DNA of 64,000 bases, from the NCBI GenBank assembly GCA_963696385.1, contig CAVOKF010000008.1, positions 1 to 64,000 of the forward strand, in the 5' to 3' direction. A program made the position numbers and the translations under genes. The notes below the pieces were generated by a model, which was not told where the DNA came from, ran no database searches, and saw only the letters and a program-made list of their open reading frames with translations. Within the stretch, counting starts at the first letter, position 1. Every line of letters starts with the position of its first letter. Source of the stretch: an uncultured delta proteobacterium (GTDB lineage: Bacteria > Myxococcota_A > Polyangia > Polyangiales > Polyangiaceae). Shown here piece by piece: positions 42,303 to 52,615 of this stretch.

Positions 42303-45300
42303 CTAAGCCCGGGCCAAGGCAATCGTGAGCGGTTCGCCGTCCAGATCGACGGCGCGCTGCTCATAACCGGCAGGGATCCGACCTGTTTCAATTTCGATTG
42401 CGAGGATCTCGCGCGCGAGCGCCCCCTCGTAGAGCTTGACGACGGCGGCGACCCGATCGCTTCCCAAGACCGCGAGCCGTACGCGATCCGTGTATTCGAG
42501 CCCCATTTCCTTACGCATCGATTGAATTCGATTCTGAAGCTCGCGCAGCAAGCCGAGGTCGCGCAGCTCGTCATCGAGCTGCGTATCGAGCAGGACGACG
42601 CCGACGCGATCGCCCGCAGCCGCGAAACCTTCCTTTGCGAGAAAATCCACCTCGACATCGTCACGGCCGAGCTCCACGCCATCGAGCGTGACGGAATGGC
42701 CCGCGAGAAGCCGCGACGCGAGCGAGCCGGCCGCGGTCGAGGAGAATGCGGCCATGACCCTCTTCAATGCCTGCGCCTCTTTACCGAGACCTCGTTGGCC
42801 AAGCGACCGGAAGTTGGGCTTCACGCGGAACTCGACGTACCGACTTGCCTGCTCGACGCTGCAAATCTCGACGCCATGCAGGACATTGAGCTCCTCCATC
42901 AGCAAACCGACGGCGGAGGGATCCATGAGTTCGGGCTTGGACGTGATGACGACCGCCGATCGCAAGGGCTGGCGCACCCGGATCTTGGCGTGCGTGCGGA
43001 CCTGCAAACCCAGCGAGACCAGCGCCCGCACCGCGGCAACCTTGATCGATAGGGCTTCGTCGACGGCGGCAAGGTCGGCTTCGGGCCAGTCCGCCAAGTG
43101 GACGCTCTCGGGGGCGATCCGTCCTCTGGCGGCGGCGGGTCCGACCACGAGGTTCTGCCACATTGCCTCTGCGGCATAAGGCGTGAATGGCGCCGTCAAT
43201 TTCGCGATCGCCACGAGACACCCATGAAGCGTCTGGTAAGCGCTCTGCTTGTCGTCGTCCCAACCAGAACGCCAGAACCGCACGCGACTTCGCCGCACCC
43301 ACCAGTTCGACAAGGCATCCACCAGCGTGCCGAGCCTCTGCGTCGCACCAAACACATCGTAGGCATCGAGCGCCGACGTCACCTCGCGCACGGTGACCGC
43401 CAGCTCGCTCGCGATCCACCGATCGAGCTCCGGTTTGACGACCACGGCGAGTGGGTCGGTGCGGTGCGGATCGAAGCCGTCGATGTTCGCGTAGATCGTG
43501 AAAAACGAATAGACGTTGCGAAGCTTAATCGCGAATTCCTTCTGCAGAGCGCGCACGTTCGAAAGCGAATGGCGCGTGGCCGACCATGAAGGGCTGGACG
43601 CATAAAAGAACCAGCGAAAGGCGTCGGCCCCGGGCGCCGGCGACTCGGGATCCTCGATCGTGACTCGTTGCTCGATGGGCAGCCTGGAGACGGCCGACGG
43701 CGCCACGTCGACCCCCTCCGTGGGCAGGACGCCGAGGCTGGCGCGGTCGTCGGGGTGCAGGACGACCGCGCGGCGGCCGGCGATCTTGGTCGCACGGACG
43801 ACCAAGTCGACGGCATTGCGGATCGCGCCGTCTCGGTAAACCCTTACCCGAGCGCCCTCTCGCAGGTCGAGGCCTTCGAGATCGTCGCGATTCATCAACG
43901 CGGCACCGTGAACGGCCGCGGGGGCATCTTTGACCGCGAAGTCCATCGCGACGCGATCCAAGATGATCTCCGGCGGGGTGTAGTTGCCTCTGCTCTTGCT
44001 CTCCTTCTTTCCCTCTTTGTCCATCACGTGTCCGAGCACCAGACACGTCTTGTACGGATGCGGCGGTGCGCGCCGGTCGAACACGAGCGTGGAGACCATC
44101 AGCAACGAGTAGAACCAGCCCCGCGTTTGATCGATCGCTTCGCTGATGAAATCGGCGGGAAACGCTGCTTCGAATTGCTGCTCCGATCCGGGCGCGTGGG
44201 GATATCCCCACTGCGCGAAGGGCATGCACCCGGAGTCGAACCAGACATCGACGACTTCGGAAACGCGCCGCATCGTTCCCTCGCATCGGTCGCACGGCAC
44301 GGTGACCTGATCCATCCACGGCTTGTGGACCATCAGATGCTCGCTGAGAGACGGATCCGCCCGCCGCGCGGCGTGGAAGTGGTCGAACGCACGGGCGTTG
44401 CGCCGCTCGATGTCGGCCACGCTCACCAGCGCCTCTTTGTGATCGGAGTCCCGATCGCAAACCCAAACATTAAGCGGAGTCCCCCAAAAGCGCTCCCGGG
44501 AGAGCGCCCAGTCGACGTTGTGAGCGAGGAAGTCACCGAAGCGCCCCTCCTGGATGTGGTCGGGCGTCCACTGCACCGCGCGGTTGTTCGCGATCGCGCG
44601 ATCGATCACGGCGGTCGTGCGGATGTACCACGCGGGTCGCGCGTACTGAATGAGTGGGTCGTTGTCGGCGCGCCAGCAAAAGGGGTATTCGTGACGGTAG
44701 GGCTCCGCGTGCACGAGTAAACCGCGATCCTTCAAGTCGCGCTGGATATCCTTGTCGCAATCTTTGACCCAGCGACCCGCGTAACGCTCGAAGCGTTCGA
44801 AGAACGTGCCGTCGGGCTTGACGGGGCAAAAGAGCGGCAGTCCGGGTCGATCGCGGGCCAGCCGGCGATGGACGTCGTGATCGTCCTCGCCGAACGCGGG
44901 CGCAACATGCACGATGCCCGTTCCCGCCTCGATCGTGACGAAGTCCGCCGCCATCACGTGCCACACGACGTCCTCGAAGCCGCGCACCTGGTCTTCGAAG
45001 AGGTCGAACGGCGGTCGGTACGCCAAGCCGACGAGATCGCGGCCCATCCTGCTCTCTTCGACGGCCACCGGGCCCCCCAATGCCTTGGCGAGCGGTTCGA
45101 TCAGTCCCCTGGCGAACACGAAGCGACGCCCGCCGGCGACCCGCGCGATCACGTACTCGATCTCCGGGTGAACCGCGGCGTACATGTTCGAGGGAAGCGT
45201 CCACGGCGTGGTCGTCCAGATCAGCAGGGCCAGATCGTCCTCGCCGACGATCGGGAAGGCCACATGCACGCTCGGATCTTCGACGGTGCGGTACCCCTGC

Positions 45301-45896
45301 CCGACCTCACCCGCGCTCAGCGCCGTGCCCCCCTGCGCCCACCACCACACGACCTTGTGTCCCTGATAGAGCAGGCCCTTCCTGAACAGCTCGCCCAGGG
45401 CCCACCAAACACTCTCGACGTAGGATCGGTGAAACGTGACGTACGCGTCGCTGAGGTCCACCCAGAAGGCGACGCGAGCGGTCAGATCTTCCCAGGATGC
45501 CGTATATCGAAAGACGGAGTCGAGGCACTTTTTTACGAACGGCTCGACCCCGTAGTGCTCGATGGCGGCCTTGCCATGCAGGCTGAGCTCCTTTTCGACT
45601 TCGACTTCGACGGGCAGGCCATGGGTGTCCCATCCCGCCTTTCGCGGGACGCTCCAGCCGCGCATCGTCTTATAGCGGGGAAACAGGTCCTTGATGACGC
45701 GCGTGAGTACGTGTCCGTTGTGGGGCATGCCGTTGGCCGTCGGCGGCCCCTCGTAGAACACGAATCGTCCCTTTGGCGCCGGGCGCGCGAGCGTCTTTTC
45801 GAAGATGCGACGGTCCTTCCAGAACTGAAGCGTCCGGCGTTCCTCTTTCGGAAAATCGAGCTCGGTTGGGACCCTCGCGAAGAGCGGACCAGGCAT
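42303..45896 (-). CDS. ileS: Isoleucyl-tRNA synthetase, type 2, with variant KMSKS and a domain insertion
   Basis: FYEGPPTANG, HNGH, GWDTHGLP, WTTTPWT, DWALSRERFWGTP, EAIDQTRGWF, KESKS. Confidence 0.95.
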   Translation of the reverse strand: MPGPLFARVPTELDFPKEERRTLQFWKDRRIFEKTLARPAPKGRFVFYEGPPTANGMPHNGHVLTRVIKDLFPRYKTMRGWSVPRKAGWDTHGLPVEVEVEKELSLHGKAAIEHYGVEPFVKKCLDSVFRYTASWEDLTARVAFWVDLSDAYVTFHRSYVESVWWALGELFRKGLLYQGHKVVWWWAQGGTALSAGEVGQGYRTVEDPSVHVAFPIVGEDDLALLIWTTTPWTLPSNMYAAVHPEIEYVIARVAGGRRFVFARGLIEPLAKALGGPVAVEESRMGRDLVGLAYRPPFDLFEDQVRGFEDVVWHVMAADFVTIEAGTGIVHVAPAFGEDDHDVHRRLARDRPGLPLFCPVKPDGTFFERFERYAGRWVKDCDKDIQRDLKDRGLLVHAEPYRHEYPFCWRADNDPLIQYARPAWYIRTTAVIDRAIANNRAVQWTPDHIQEGRFGDFLAHNVDWALSRERFWGTPLNVWVCDRDSDHKEALVSVADIERRNARAFDHFHAARRADPSLSEHLMVHKPWMDQVTVPCDRCEGTMRRVSEVVDVWFDSGCMPFAQWGYPHAPGSEQQFEAAFPADFISEAIDQTRGWFYSLLMVSTLVFDRRAPPHPYKTCLVLGHVMDKEGKKESKSRGNYTPPEIILDRVAMDFAVKDAPAAVHGAALMNRDDLEGLDLREGARVRVYRDGAIRNAVDLVVRATKIAGRRAVVLHPDDRASLGVLPTEGVDVAPSAVSRLPIEQRVTIEDPESPAPGADAFRWFFYASSPSWSATRHSLSNVRALQKEFAIKLRNVYSFFTIYANIDGFDPHRTDPLAVVVKPELDRWIASELAVTVREVTSALDAYDVFGATQRLGTLVDALSNWWVRRSRVRFWRSGWDDDKQSAYQTLHGCLVAIAKLTAPFTPYAAEAMWQNLVVGPAAARGRIAPESVHLADWPEADLAAVDEALSIKVAAVRALVSLGLQVRTHAKIRVRQPLRSAVVITSKPELMDPSAVGLLMEELNVLHGVEICSVEQASRYVEFRVKPNFRSLGQRGLGKEAQALKRVMAAFSSTAAGSLASRLLAGHSVTLDGVELGRDDVEVDFLAKEGFAAAGDRVGVVLLDTQLDDELRDLGLLRELQNRIQSMRKEMGLEYTDRVRLAVLGSDRVAAVVKLYEGALAREILAIEIETGRIPAGYEQRAVDLDGEPLTIALARA

Positions 45897-46105
45897 CAGG
45901 CGGAGGCTCTAGCGCGCCCAACACGTTGGCGGACCGATGATTTCAAGGCCTCTGGCCTCTCGCAAGGCGCAGACGACGAGCCATGCATGCGGCACGGTGA
46001 GGAGGAGCAACGCCCTAGGAGGCGGGAAACCCGCAGAACGCCGACGGAAGCCAACATGTTTTCCGTGCTCTAGCACTCCGTCCGGGCGAACGGCACGCGA
46101 CCGTC

Positions 46106-46366
46106 CTACTCCGCCGCAGCGCTCGCGTCCTTGGCTTCCAGTTTCTTCACGACCAGGGCACACGCGTTTTCGAGATCGCTGAAATCCGCGAGCTCTTCGT
46201 CCTCGATCTTGATGCGGTACTGCCGCTCGACGGCCGCAACGATCTCGGCGCCCATCATGGAGTCGATACCGAGCTCCTTGAACGTGGCCCCATCGGCGAT
46301 CTCGTCCTTTTCGGCGATCTCGATGACCAGGGCGCGCAGCTCTTCCTTCAACCGTTCGTTCGACAT
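46106..46366 (-). CDS. Acyl carrier protein
   Basis: LGIDSMM phosphopantetheine site, acidic 86 aa, GAGGAG RBS. Confidence 0.9.
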   Translation of the reverse strand: MSNERLKEELRALVIEIAEKDEIADGATFKELGIDSMMGAEIVAAVERQYRIKIEDEELADFSDLENACALVVKKLEAKDASAAAE

Positions 46367-46390
46367 GTCACTTCTCCTCGTGGCGCCGCC

Positions 46391-46660
46391 TCAGGTCAGC
46401 CGCTTCTCGACTTCGTCGAGAAGATCCCGAATGGTCTCGATGCCGTCCAATCCTTCGTCCGGTATCTGAATGCGCAGCCGGCGTTCAAGCGAGCCAATGA
46501 TCTCGAGCATTCCCAAAGAATCGATGGCCAGATCGCGGATGGCGCTCGCTTCAAGGACACCGTGGAAGTCCTTTTCGACCACCTCACTCGCCGTTTCGCG
46601 GAACATGGTGAGCAGGTCGAGGCGCGTGGGCCGCGCCGGATCAGCTTGCAAGGGATGCAT
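46391..46660 (-). CDS. Acyl carrier protein; start uncertain
   Basis: LAIDSLGMLEI...IPDE..TIRDLL. Confidence 0.85.
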   Translation of the reverse strand: MHPLQADPARPTRLDLLTMFRETASEVVEKDFHGVLEASAIRDLAIDSLGMLEIIGSLERRLRIQIPDEGLDGIETIRDLLDEVEKRLT

Positions 46661-46810
46661 TGCGTCGCGCATTCAAACGCTTTCCTGCGGTTGTGTGTCC
46701 AGAAATCGGGCGCGTAGAGGGATACGCGGTTGCCGCTTCACGATCTTTGCTCCACGACCCGATGTCTCTCGCCGCTTCGATGACCGGCGCGGAAAAACGC
46801 ATTCCGAAAT

Positions 46811-48598
46811 TCATTGGGGCTCGACGCCTCCTCGATCGGGCTCGGTCCCTTGCACGACCCGTGCGCGCGGCAGCGTTCCCTCCAGATACATCTGACGCGC
46901 CTTTCTCCGTTGGGGCTTTCCGCTCGACGTTCGCGGCAGCGAGGCCAGCTGCGCCACGACGACCTCGTGCGGCGTCAGGCCGAACTGCGCGGCAACGGTT
47001 GCGCTGGCCGCGTCGCGAATCGCCTCGGCCTCGCTGCCGGTGCCCTCGCAACAGACGACCAAATGCTCCTCGCCCCCGCCGTCGGCCGCAGGGCGCCCGC
47101 GCGAATCCATGAACACTCCAAACGCGACGACGTTGCCCCGGCGCACAGTGTGAATCTGACCGACGGCCCACTCGATATCCGTGGGGTAATAGTTGCGGCC
47201 CCGGACGATGATCACGTCCTTGAGCCTGCCGCACACGAAAAGACGGTCCCCGGCCAGATAGCCGAGGTCGCCGGTGAATAGCCACGGGGCTTGCCCCGGG
47301 AGGTCGTCGGCAAGCGACTTGAACGTCTGCGCTGTCGACTCGGGGTCCTGGAAATAGCCCGCCGTGACGCTCGGGCCGCGCGTGACGATCTCGCCGACTC
47401 TGCGCTGAGCGAGCCGATGCCCCGAGGGATCGACAATCGCAACCTCGTGGCCAGCGAAGGCCGATCCGCAATCGACCATCTCGATCGCCCCGTCCGTCCT
47501 CGACGGCAGCGCGTCGTGGCTCGACAACGCGGTCGGATCGACCGGGTCGGTGTGCAGCCCCGCTCCGAGCGGAGCGAACGTGATGGCCAGTGTCGCTTCG
47601 GCCATGCCGTACGACGGCAAAAATGCGCGAGGATCGAAGCCCGCGGGCGCCAGCTTGGCGGCGAAGTCGCGCAGTGCCTTGGGCTGAATGGGCTCGGCCC
47701 CGCAGCCGGCCACCCGTAAGGCCGACAGGTCCAGTCCCTCGACATCCTTGTCCTTGATGCGCTTGGCCACGAGCGCGTAGGCAAAGTTCGGCGCATACGT
47801 GATCGTCCCGCGATGCGCGTGGAGTTTCTCGAGCCACAAACGGGGCGTCCGGATGAAGCTTGCGGTCGGCAAGAACACGCACGCCACATTCGTGAAGAGA
47901 GGCCCCACCACGAAGCCGATGAGCCCCATGTCGTGGAACAAGGGCAGCCAGCTCACGCCCTTGTCGGTTCGCGAGTCGCGCGCCAGGCCCTCGATCATGA
48001 ACGCCTTGGAATTGGCGGCGAGATTGCCGTGGGTCACAGCGACCCCCTTAGGGCGAGACGTGCTGCCGCTCGTGAATTGCAGGAAGGCGACGTCGTGCGG
48101 AGCGACGTCCACTTCGACGACGGACGCCGCGTCATCGGCCCATTGTTCGACCGTCACGATCGAGCGCAGCGTGTCGACCTGCTCCAGTGCGGGCTGCACG
48201 AACGCTTGGGTGGCTGCCGTCGTCAGCAGCATCGTGGCGCCCGACGCTCGAACGATGTGGGCGACCGTAGCGTGATAATTTTCGACGTTCTTGAACGAGA
48301 GCTGAGGGACCAACGGGACCGGCACGACTCCGGCGAACAGCGCCCCGAGAAACGAGAGCACGAACTCGTCGTTGTCCGGAATGACCAGCGCGATACGATC
48401 TCCTTTTTTGAGACCTCGCGCCGCGAGGCTCGCGCCCCGCCGCGTCGCTTCGATGCCGATGTCGTGAAACGATACGAGCCGCTCGGTGCCGTCCGCCCGG
48501 ACGAACACGAACCCGCGCGTTCGCTCGTCCGCCAGCGCGCGCACGGCATCGACGAGCGTGCGAGGCGTCCGGGCGGCGCCGTGACGGAAATCTTGCAT
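46811..48598 (-). CDS. Fatty acyl-AMP ligase (FAAL); alternative start at 48700
   Basis: LQFTSGSTSRPKGV, SWLPLFHDMGLIG, PSYGMAEATL, TGDLG, LPRTSSGK. Confidence 0.9.
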   Translation of the reverse strand: MQDFRHGAARTPRTLVDAVRALADERTRGFVFVRADGTERLVSFHDIGIEATRRGASLAARGLKKGDRIALVIPDNDEFVLSFLGALFAGVVPVPLVPQLSFKNVENYHATVAHIVRASGATMLLTTAATQAFVQPALEQVDTLRSIVTVEQWADDAASVVEVDVAPHDVAFLQFTSGSTSRPKGVAVTHGNLAANSKAFMIEGLARDSRTDKGVSWLPLFHDMGLIGFVVGPLFTNVACVFLPTASFIRTPRLWLEKLHAHRGTITYAPNFAYALVAKRIKDKDVEGLDLSALRVAGCGAEPIQPKALRDFAAKLAPAGFDPRAFLPSYGMAEATLAITFAPLGAGLHTDPVDPTALSSHDALPSRTDGAIEMVDCGSAFAGHEVAIVDPSGHRLAQRRVGEIVTRGPSVTAGYFQDPESTAQTFKSLADDLPGQAPWLFTGDLGYLAGDRLFVCGRLKDVIIVRGRNYYPTDIEWAVGQIHTVRRGNVVAFGVFMDSRGRPAADGGGEEHLVVCCEGTGSEAEAIRDAASATVAAQFGLTPHEVVVAQLASLPRTSSGKPQRRKARQMYLEGTLPRARVVQGTEPDRGGVEPQ

Positions 48599-48758
48599 GC
48601 GGCCGCGGCGGCTGTAACGCGCAGCAACGAAAGACGCAAGGAGGAGGTTACGCGCGATCCGTGCCGTCCGGCTTCCCGGCTTCTTGGGGGGTGCGTTCAT
48701 TTCTTCGCGTCCGCGGCGTTGCTCGGTTGTGCAGGGCGGCGCTACATAAGGGTGCTCT

Positions 48759-50057
48759 GTGCTCCAGCGCGTCTATGTCACGGGGGTCGGGGTCGTCAGC
48801 TCCATCGGGTTGGGCAAGGCCGCGTTTTTTCGTTCGCTCGAAGCCGGCGCCAGCGGCATTTCGCGAGTGACCGCGTTCGATGCATCACCGCTCGGCCGCC
48901 ATTATGCGGGCGAAGTCAAGGCTTTCGACGCTCGCGACTACCTCACCGATGCCGAGTGTCGGCGCATGGGCCGCTGCTCCGCCATGGCGCTTGCGGCGGC
49001 CCGTATGGCGCTCGCCGACGCGGAAATGCCCGCTCTCGCGGTTGCCGGACCGCGCACGGCGGTCGTTCTCGGCACGACGATGGGCGAGGCGCGCATCCTG
49101 GAGGAGCTCGACCACGAATGGATTCTCGGCGGAGAGCGAGCGGTTTCGCGCGCACTGATTCCACGATACGGATCGACGCTGCTGCCCATTCACGTGGCTC
49201 GGGCGATCGGTGCACGAGGCATGGTGCTCGCCCTGCCTGCAGCATGCGCGGCGGGAAACTACGCGCTCAGTTTCGGTGCGGATTTGATCCGCGCGGGTCG
49301 CGCGGACATCGTCGTGGCGGGTGCAGCGGAATTGCTGCAGGCGCTTCAGTTCAGCGGCTTTGTCCGGTTGGCGGCGATGGCGCCGGAGAAGTGCCAGCCC
49401 TTCGATTTGAATCGCCAAGGTCTGCTGCTCGGCGAAGGCGCGGGCCTTCTGGTTCTCGAGAGCGAGGCCCATGCTCGACGTCGAGGCGCGCGCCTGCAGG
49501 CCGAGGTCGGCAGCTACGGGTTCTCGTGCGATGCGTACCACATCACACGGCCTCATCCGGACGCGACCGGAAGCATTGCGGCGATGCAGAGCGCCATCGA
49601 ACGCTCCGGGATCGCTCCGGCCGACGTCGATTTCGTCAACGCCCACGGAACGGGCACCAAGCACAATGACGCCGCCGAATCGAAGGTCGTGCGCGAAGTC
49701 TTCGGGGACCGGCGCCTGCCCGTGTCCAGCATGAAAAGCATGCTCGGCCACTGCATGGGTGCGGCAAGCGCGCTCGAAGCGATCGGTTGCGTGTTCACGA
49801 TCGAGACGGGCATCTACCCGCCCACGATCGGGTACGACACGCCGGATCCGGAATGCGACATGCAAGTGGTCGCGAACGTGGCGCGACGTGGAAGAAGCGA
49901 CATCGTGGTCAACAACTCGCTCGCGTTCGGCGGCTACAACGCCGTGACGGTCTTCGCGAAGCCCGGGGTTCTGCCGCCGCCCCGCCGCTTTCCGCCGTCC
50001 GACGGGCGGCCGGCCCTCGTTCGGGCGGTGCGCCACCAAGGCCCCCCGTACCCATGA
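48759..50057 (+). CDS. Beta-ketoacyl-ACP synthase (FabF / KS-alpha-like), catalytic triad intact
   Basis: AACAAG (Cys), NAHGTGT (His), KSMLGHCMGA (His), NSLAFGG. Confidence 0.92.
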   Translation: MLQRVYVTGVGVVSSIGLGKAAFFRSLEAGASGISRVTAFDASPLGRHYAGEVKAFDARDYLTDAECRRMGRCSAMALAAARMALADAEMPALAVAGPRTAVVLGTTMGEARILEELDHEWILGGERAVSRALIPRYGSTLLPIHVARAIGARGMVLALPAACAAGNYALSFGADLIRAGRADIVVAGAAELLQALQFSGFVRLAAMAPEKCQPFDLNRQGLLLGEGAGLLVLESEAHARRRGARLQAEVGSYGFSCDAYHITRPHPDATGSIAAMQSAIERSGIAPADVDFVNAHGTGTKHNDAAESKVVREVFGDRRLPVSSMKSMLGHCMGAASALEAIGCVFTIETGIYPPTIGYDTPDPECDMQVVANVARRGRSDIVVNNSLAFGGYNAVTVFAKPGVLPPPRRFPPSDGRPALVRAVRHQGPPYP

Positions 50058-51265
50058 TGGATCGCGCGATCACCGGTTGCGGCGTGGTCTCGGCGCTGGG
50101 CACCGGTCGGAACGCGTTCTTCGCGGCCCTGGCGTCAGGGGCGCGCGCAACGTCCGACACCGGGCGCGTCGAGACGTTCGACGCCTCCAAGTACGCTGGA
50201 GCGCTCGTCGCGGAGGTACGTGGATTCGACGCGGCGAAGCACCTCGGCGACAAGGGCCTCCGAACCCTCGACCGTCTTTCGAAGCTGCTGATTGTGGCGA
50301 CCCGCCTCGCGCTCGACGACGCCGGGCTCAAGACCGGGGGACGGTGGATCGCGCACGGCGAAGGCGATCCGCCTTGGCCCGACCGGGTCGGTCTCGTCGT
50401 GTCCAACGCGTATGGCTCGCTCGAAGCGATTACGGAGCTTGACCGCGTCGCCTTGCTGGAGGACGCCCGCTACATCAACCCCTCGCGTTTCCCGCTTACC
50501 GTCTCGAACAGTGCCGCAGGCTACGCAAGCATTTGGGAGGAGCTGCGGGCTTTGAACGTGACGGTGAGCGACGGAAACTGCGGCGCCCTCGATGCGGTCG
50601 CGTGCGGCGATCTGTTGCTCGAAAACGCGCGAGCCGACGTCCTTCTCGTCGGCGGCGCCGAGGCCTTGACCGAAGCGCTGTTCGTGGGATTCCGCAGGTT
50701 GGGCATGGACCTGCACGCCGGCGTTCACGACGGCTCGTCCGCCGGCGCGTGCCTCGGCGAGGGCGCCGCACTCGTCGCGATCGAAACGGCCGAGGGGGCA
50801 CGCCGGCGCGGCGTCGAGTCATTGGCCGAAATTCGGGGATACGGCACGTCGTTCGCTCCACCGGAGCGCGCAGGGTCGTTGGTCCATGCGACGTCCGACG
50901 CCCTCGAGCGCGCCATCGTCGACGCGATCGCAGACGCGGGCATCGACCGCGACCAGGTCGACCTGGTCGTCTCTGGAGTTTCCGGGTTGCGCGCATTCGA
51001 CGAGGCAGAGCTCACGGCGATTCGCCGCGTCATGGGGGCTGATGCGCTGATCGTCGCGCCGAAGCTTGCCTTCGGCGAGACGCTCGGAGCCAGCGGTGCG
51101 ATGGCCATCGCCGCGACGCTCGGATACTTGCGCGACGTACCGATTCATTGTCTGGCACCCGAGGTGCGTCCGAACGTGCGCGGCCGGCTGCGCACGGCTG
51201 TCGTCACATCGATGGGGTTTTACGGCAATGCGTCGGCGCTCGTCATGCACCGCGCTTCGCGCTAG
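50054..51265 (+). CDS. Catalytically degenerate ketosynthase (chain-length-factor-like)
   Basis: KS fold (GEGAA, FPLTVSN). The Cys motif is VSDGNCGA and the His motifs are replaced by VSGVSG and KLAFGETLGA. ATGA overlap with the KS gene. Confidence 0.8.
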   Translation: MMDRAITGCGVVSALGTGRNAFFAALASGARATSDTGRVETFDASKYAGALVAEVRGFDAAKHLGDKGLRTLDRLSKLLIVATRLALDDAGLKTGGRWIAHGEGDPPWPDRVGLVVSNAYGSLEAITELDRVALLEDARYINPSRFPLTVSNSAAGYASIWEELRALNVTVSDGNCGALDAVACGDLLLENARADVLLVGGAEALTEALFVGFRRLGMDLHAGVHDGSSAGACLGEGAALVAIETAEGARRRGVESLAEIRGYGTSFAPPERAGSLVHATSDALERAIVDAIADAGIDRDQVDLVVSGVSGLRAFDEAELTAIRRVMGADALIVAPKLAFGETLGASGAMAIAATLGYLRDVPIHCLAPEVRPNVRGRLRTAVVTSMGFYGNASALVMHRASR

Positions 51266-51345
51266 AACCGACCGCACTATGCCCGCGCCGGCCATCCGGG
51301 CGAGCGACACCTGACCCGGATCCACCAACGCGAGAGGGACATGCC

Positions 51346-52611
51346 ATGGTAGCCGTCGCCAAACGGGAGCGTTCGGTGAGTTGGATCGAAGCGAAGGCGC
51401 GGGCGGATACGACTCTTGCGCGGGTCCGCGAGGGCCGCGAACTGCAGCTCTACCCCTTTTTCCGTCCGTTCGATTCGGGCGGGTTGCACGCGCAGCTCGA
51501 CGGCAAGGCGATCGTCAACTTCAGCTCGAACGATTATCTGGGCCTGACCACCCACCCGCGGGTCAAAGAGGCCGCCAAGCGCGCGGTCGACGAATACGCC
51601 TGTGGGTTGTCGTCGTCGCGCCCGCAGGCGACCACCCGCGAGCACGTCCGGCTCGAGGAGCGCCTTGCCCGATGGATGGGGTTCGAGAGGTGCCTGACGT
51701 TCACGACCGGCTACCAGGCGATGCTTGGCACCATCGCCGCACTCGCGGACAAGGACACGACGCTGGTCCTCGACGCGTACAGCCACGCCTGCATCTTGGA
51801 TGGATCGTTTCTCGCCGCCGGCATTCCGAAGGGCGGGCCGGAAATCCGATTCTTCAACCACAATTCGGCCAAGAGCCTCGAGCGGGTCCTCAAGACCCGC
51901 GAGCGCAAGAACGCCCTGGTCGTGTGCGAGGGCGTTTACTCGCTCGACGGGGACACCGCCCGCTTGCAAGAGTTCGTCGATCTCTGCGACCGCTACGAGA
52001 GCCCCCTGCTCGTCGACGACGCCCACGGAACCGGAACGATGGGTGCGACCGGTCGAGGCACGATCGAGGCGTTGGGACTGCAAGGCAAGGTTCCCATCGT
52101 CGTGTCGACACTTTCGAAGACCTTCGGCGGCATCGGGGGCTTGCTGCTGGGATCCGCCGAAGTCGTCGATCTCGTACAGTATGCAGCGCGAAGTTTTCTG
52201 TTCAGCGCTTCCCTGCCCGTCCCCATCGTCGCGGCCGCGTCGGCCATTCTCGATATGCTCGAATCGGACGGCGAAGCGCTCGTCACGGAACTTCATGATA
52301 AGGCGCGTTATTTCCGCGAGGGCCTCACGAAAGTCGGATTCGATTTGGGTTCAAGCAATACGCACATCATGCCCGTCATGTGCCGCGAAGAGCGAAAGGC
52401 GCTCTTCATGCACATCGCGCTGCTCGAGTGCGGCGTCTTCATGGTGCCGCTCATCTATCCATCGGTGAAACTGGGAGAAGAGCGCCTGCGGGTCAACGTC
52501 ACCCGCGGGCATACGCGCGAGGACCTCGATCGCGCCTTGGAATTGCTCAAGGAATACGGAGAGGCGTTCTTCGTTCTGTCGGGCGAAGACATCGGCCCCA
52601 GGGAGCCGTGA
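51346..52611 (+). CDS. PLP-dependent alpha-oxoamine synthase (serine palmitoyltransferase-like)
   Basis: LYPFFR, SNDYLGL, SHACILDG, EGVYSLDGD, DDAHG, TLSKTFG (PLP lysine). Confidence 0.85.
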   Translation: MVAVAKRERSVSWIEAKARADTTLARVREGRELQLYPFFRPFDSGGLHAQLDGKAIVNFSSNDYLGLTTHPRVKEAAKRAVDEYACGLSSSRPQATTREHVRLEERLARWMGFERCLTFTTGYQAMLGTIAALADKDTTLVLDAYSHACILDGSFLAAGIPKGGPEIRFFNHNSAKSLERVLKTRERKNALVVCEGVYSLDGDTARLQEFVDLCDRYESPLLVDDAHGTGTMGATGRGTIEALGLQGKVPIVVSTLSKTFGGIGGLLLGSAEVVDLVQYAARSFLFSASLPVPIVAAASAILDMLESDGEALVTELHDKARYFREGLTKVGFDLGSSNTHIMPVMCREERKALFMHIALLECGVFMVPLIYPSVKLGEERLRVNVTRGHTREDLDRALELLKEYGEAFFVLSGEDIGPREP

Positions 52612-52615
52612 TCGA

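Noticed and set aside
43632..43960. IleRS insertion as an intein
   Set aside because: No N-terminal Cys/Ser block, no C-terminal His-Asn followed by Cys/Ser/Thr, and no LAGLIDADG motifs.
51346..52611. Assigning gene symbol bioF or spt
   Set aside because: The family is clear but the substrate cannot be determined from motifs. Context favours lipid synthesis but is not proof.
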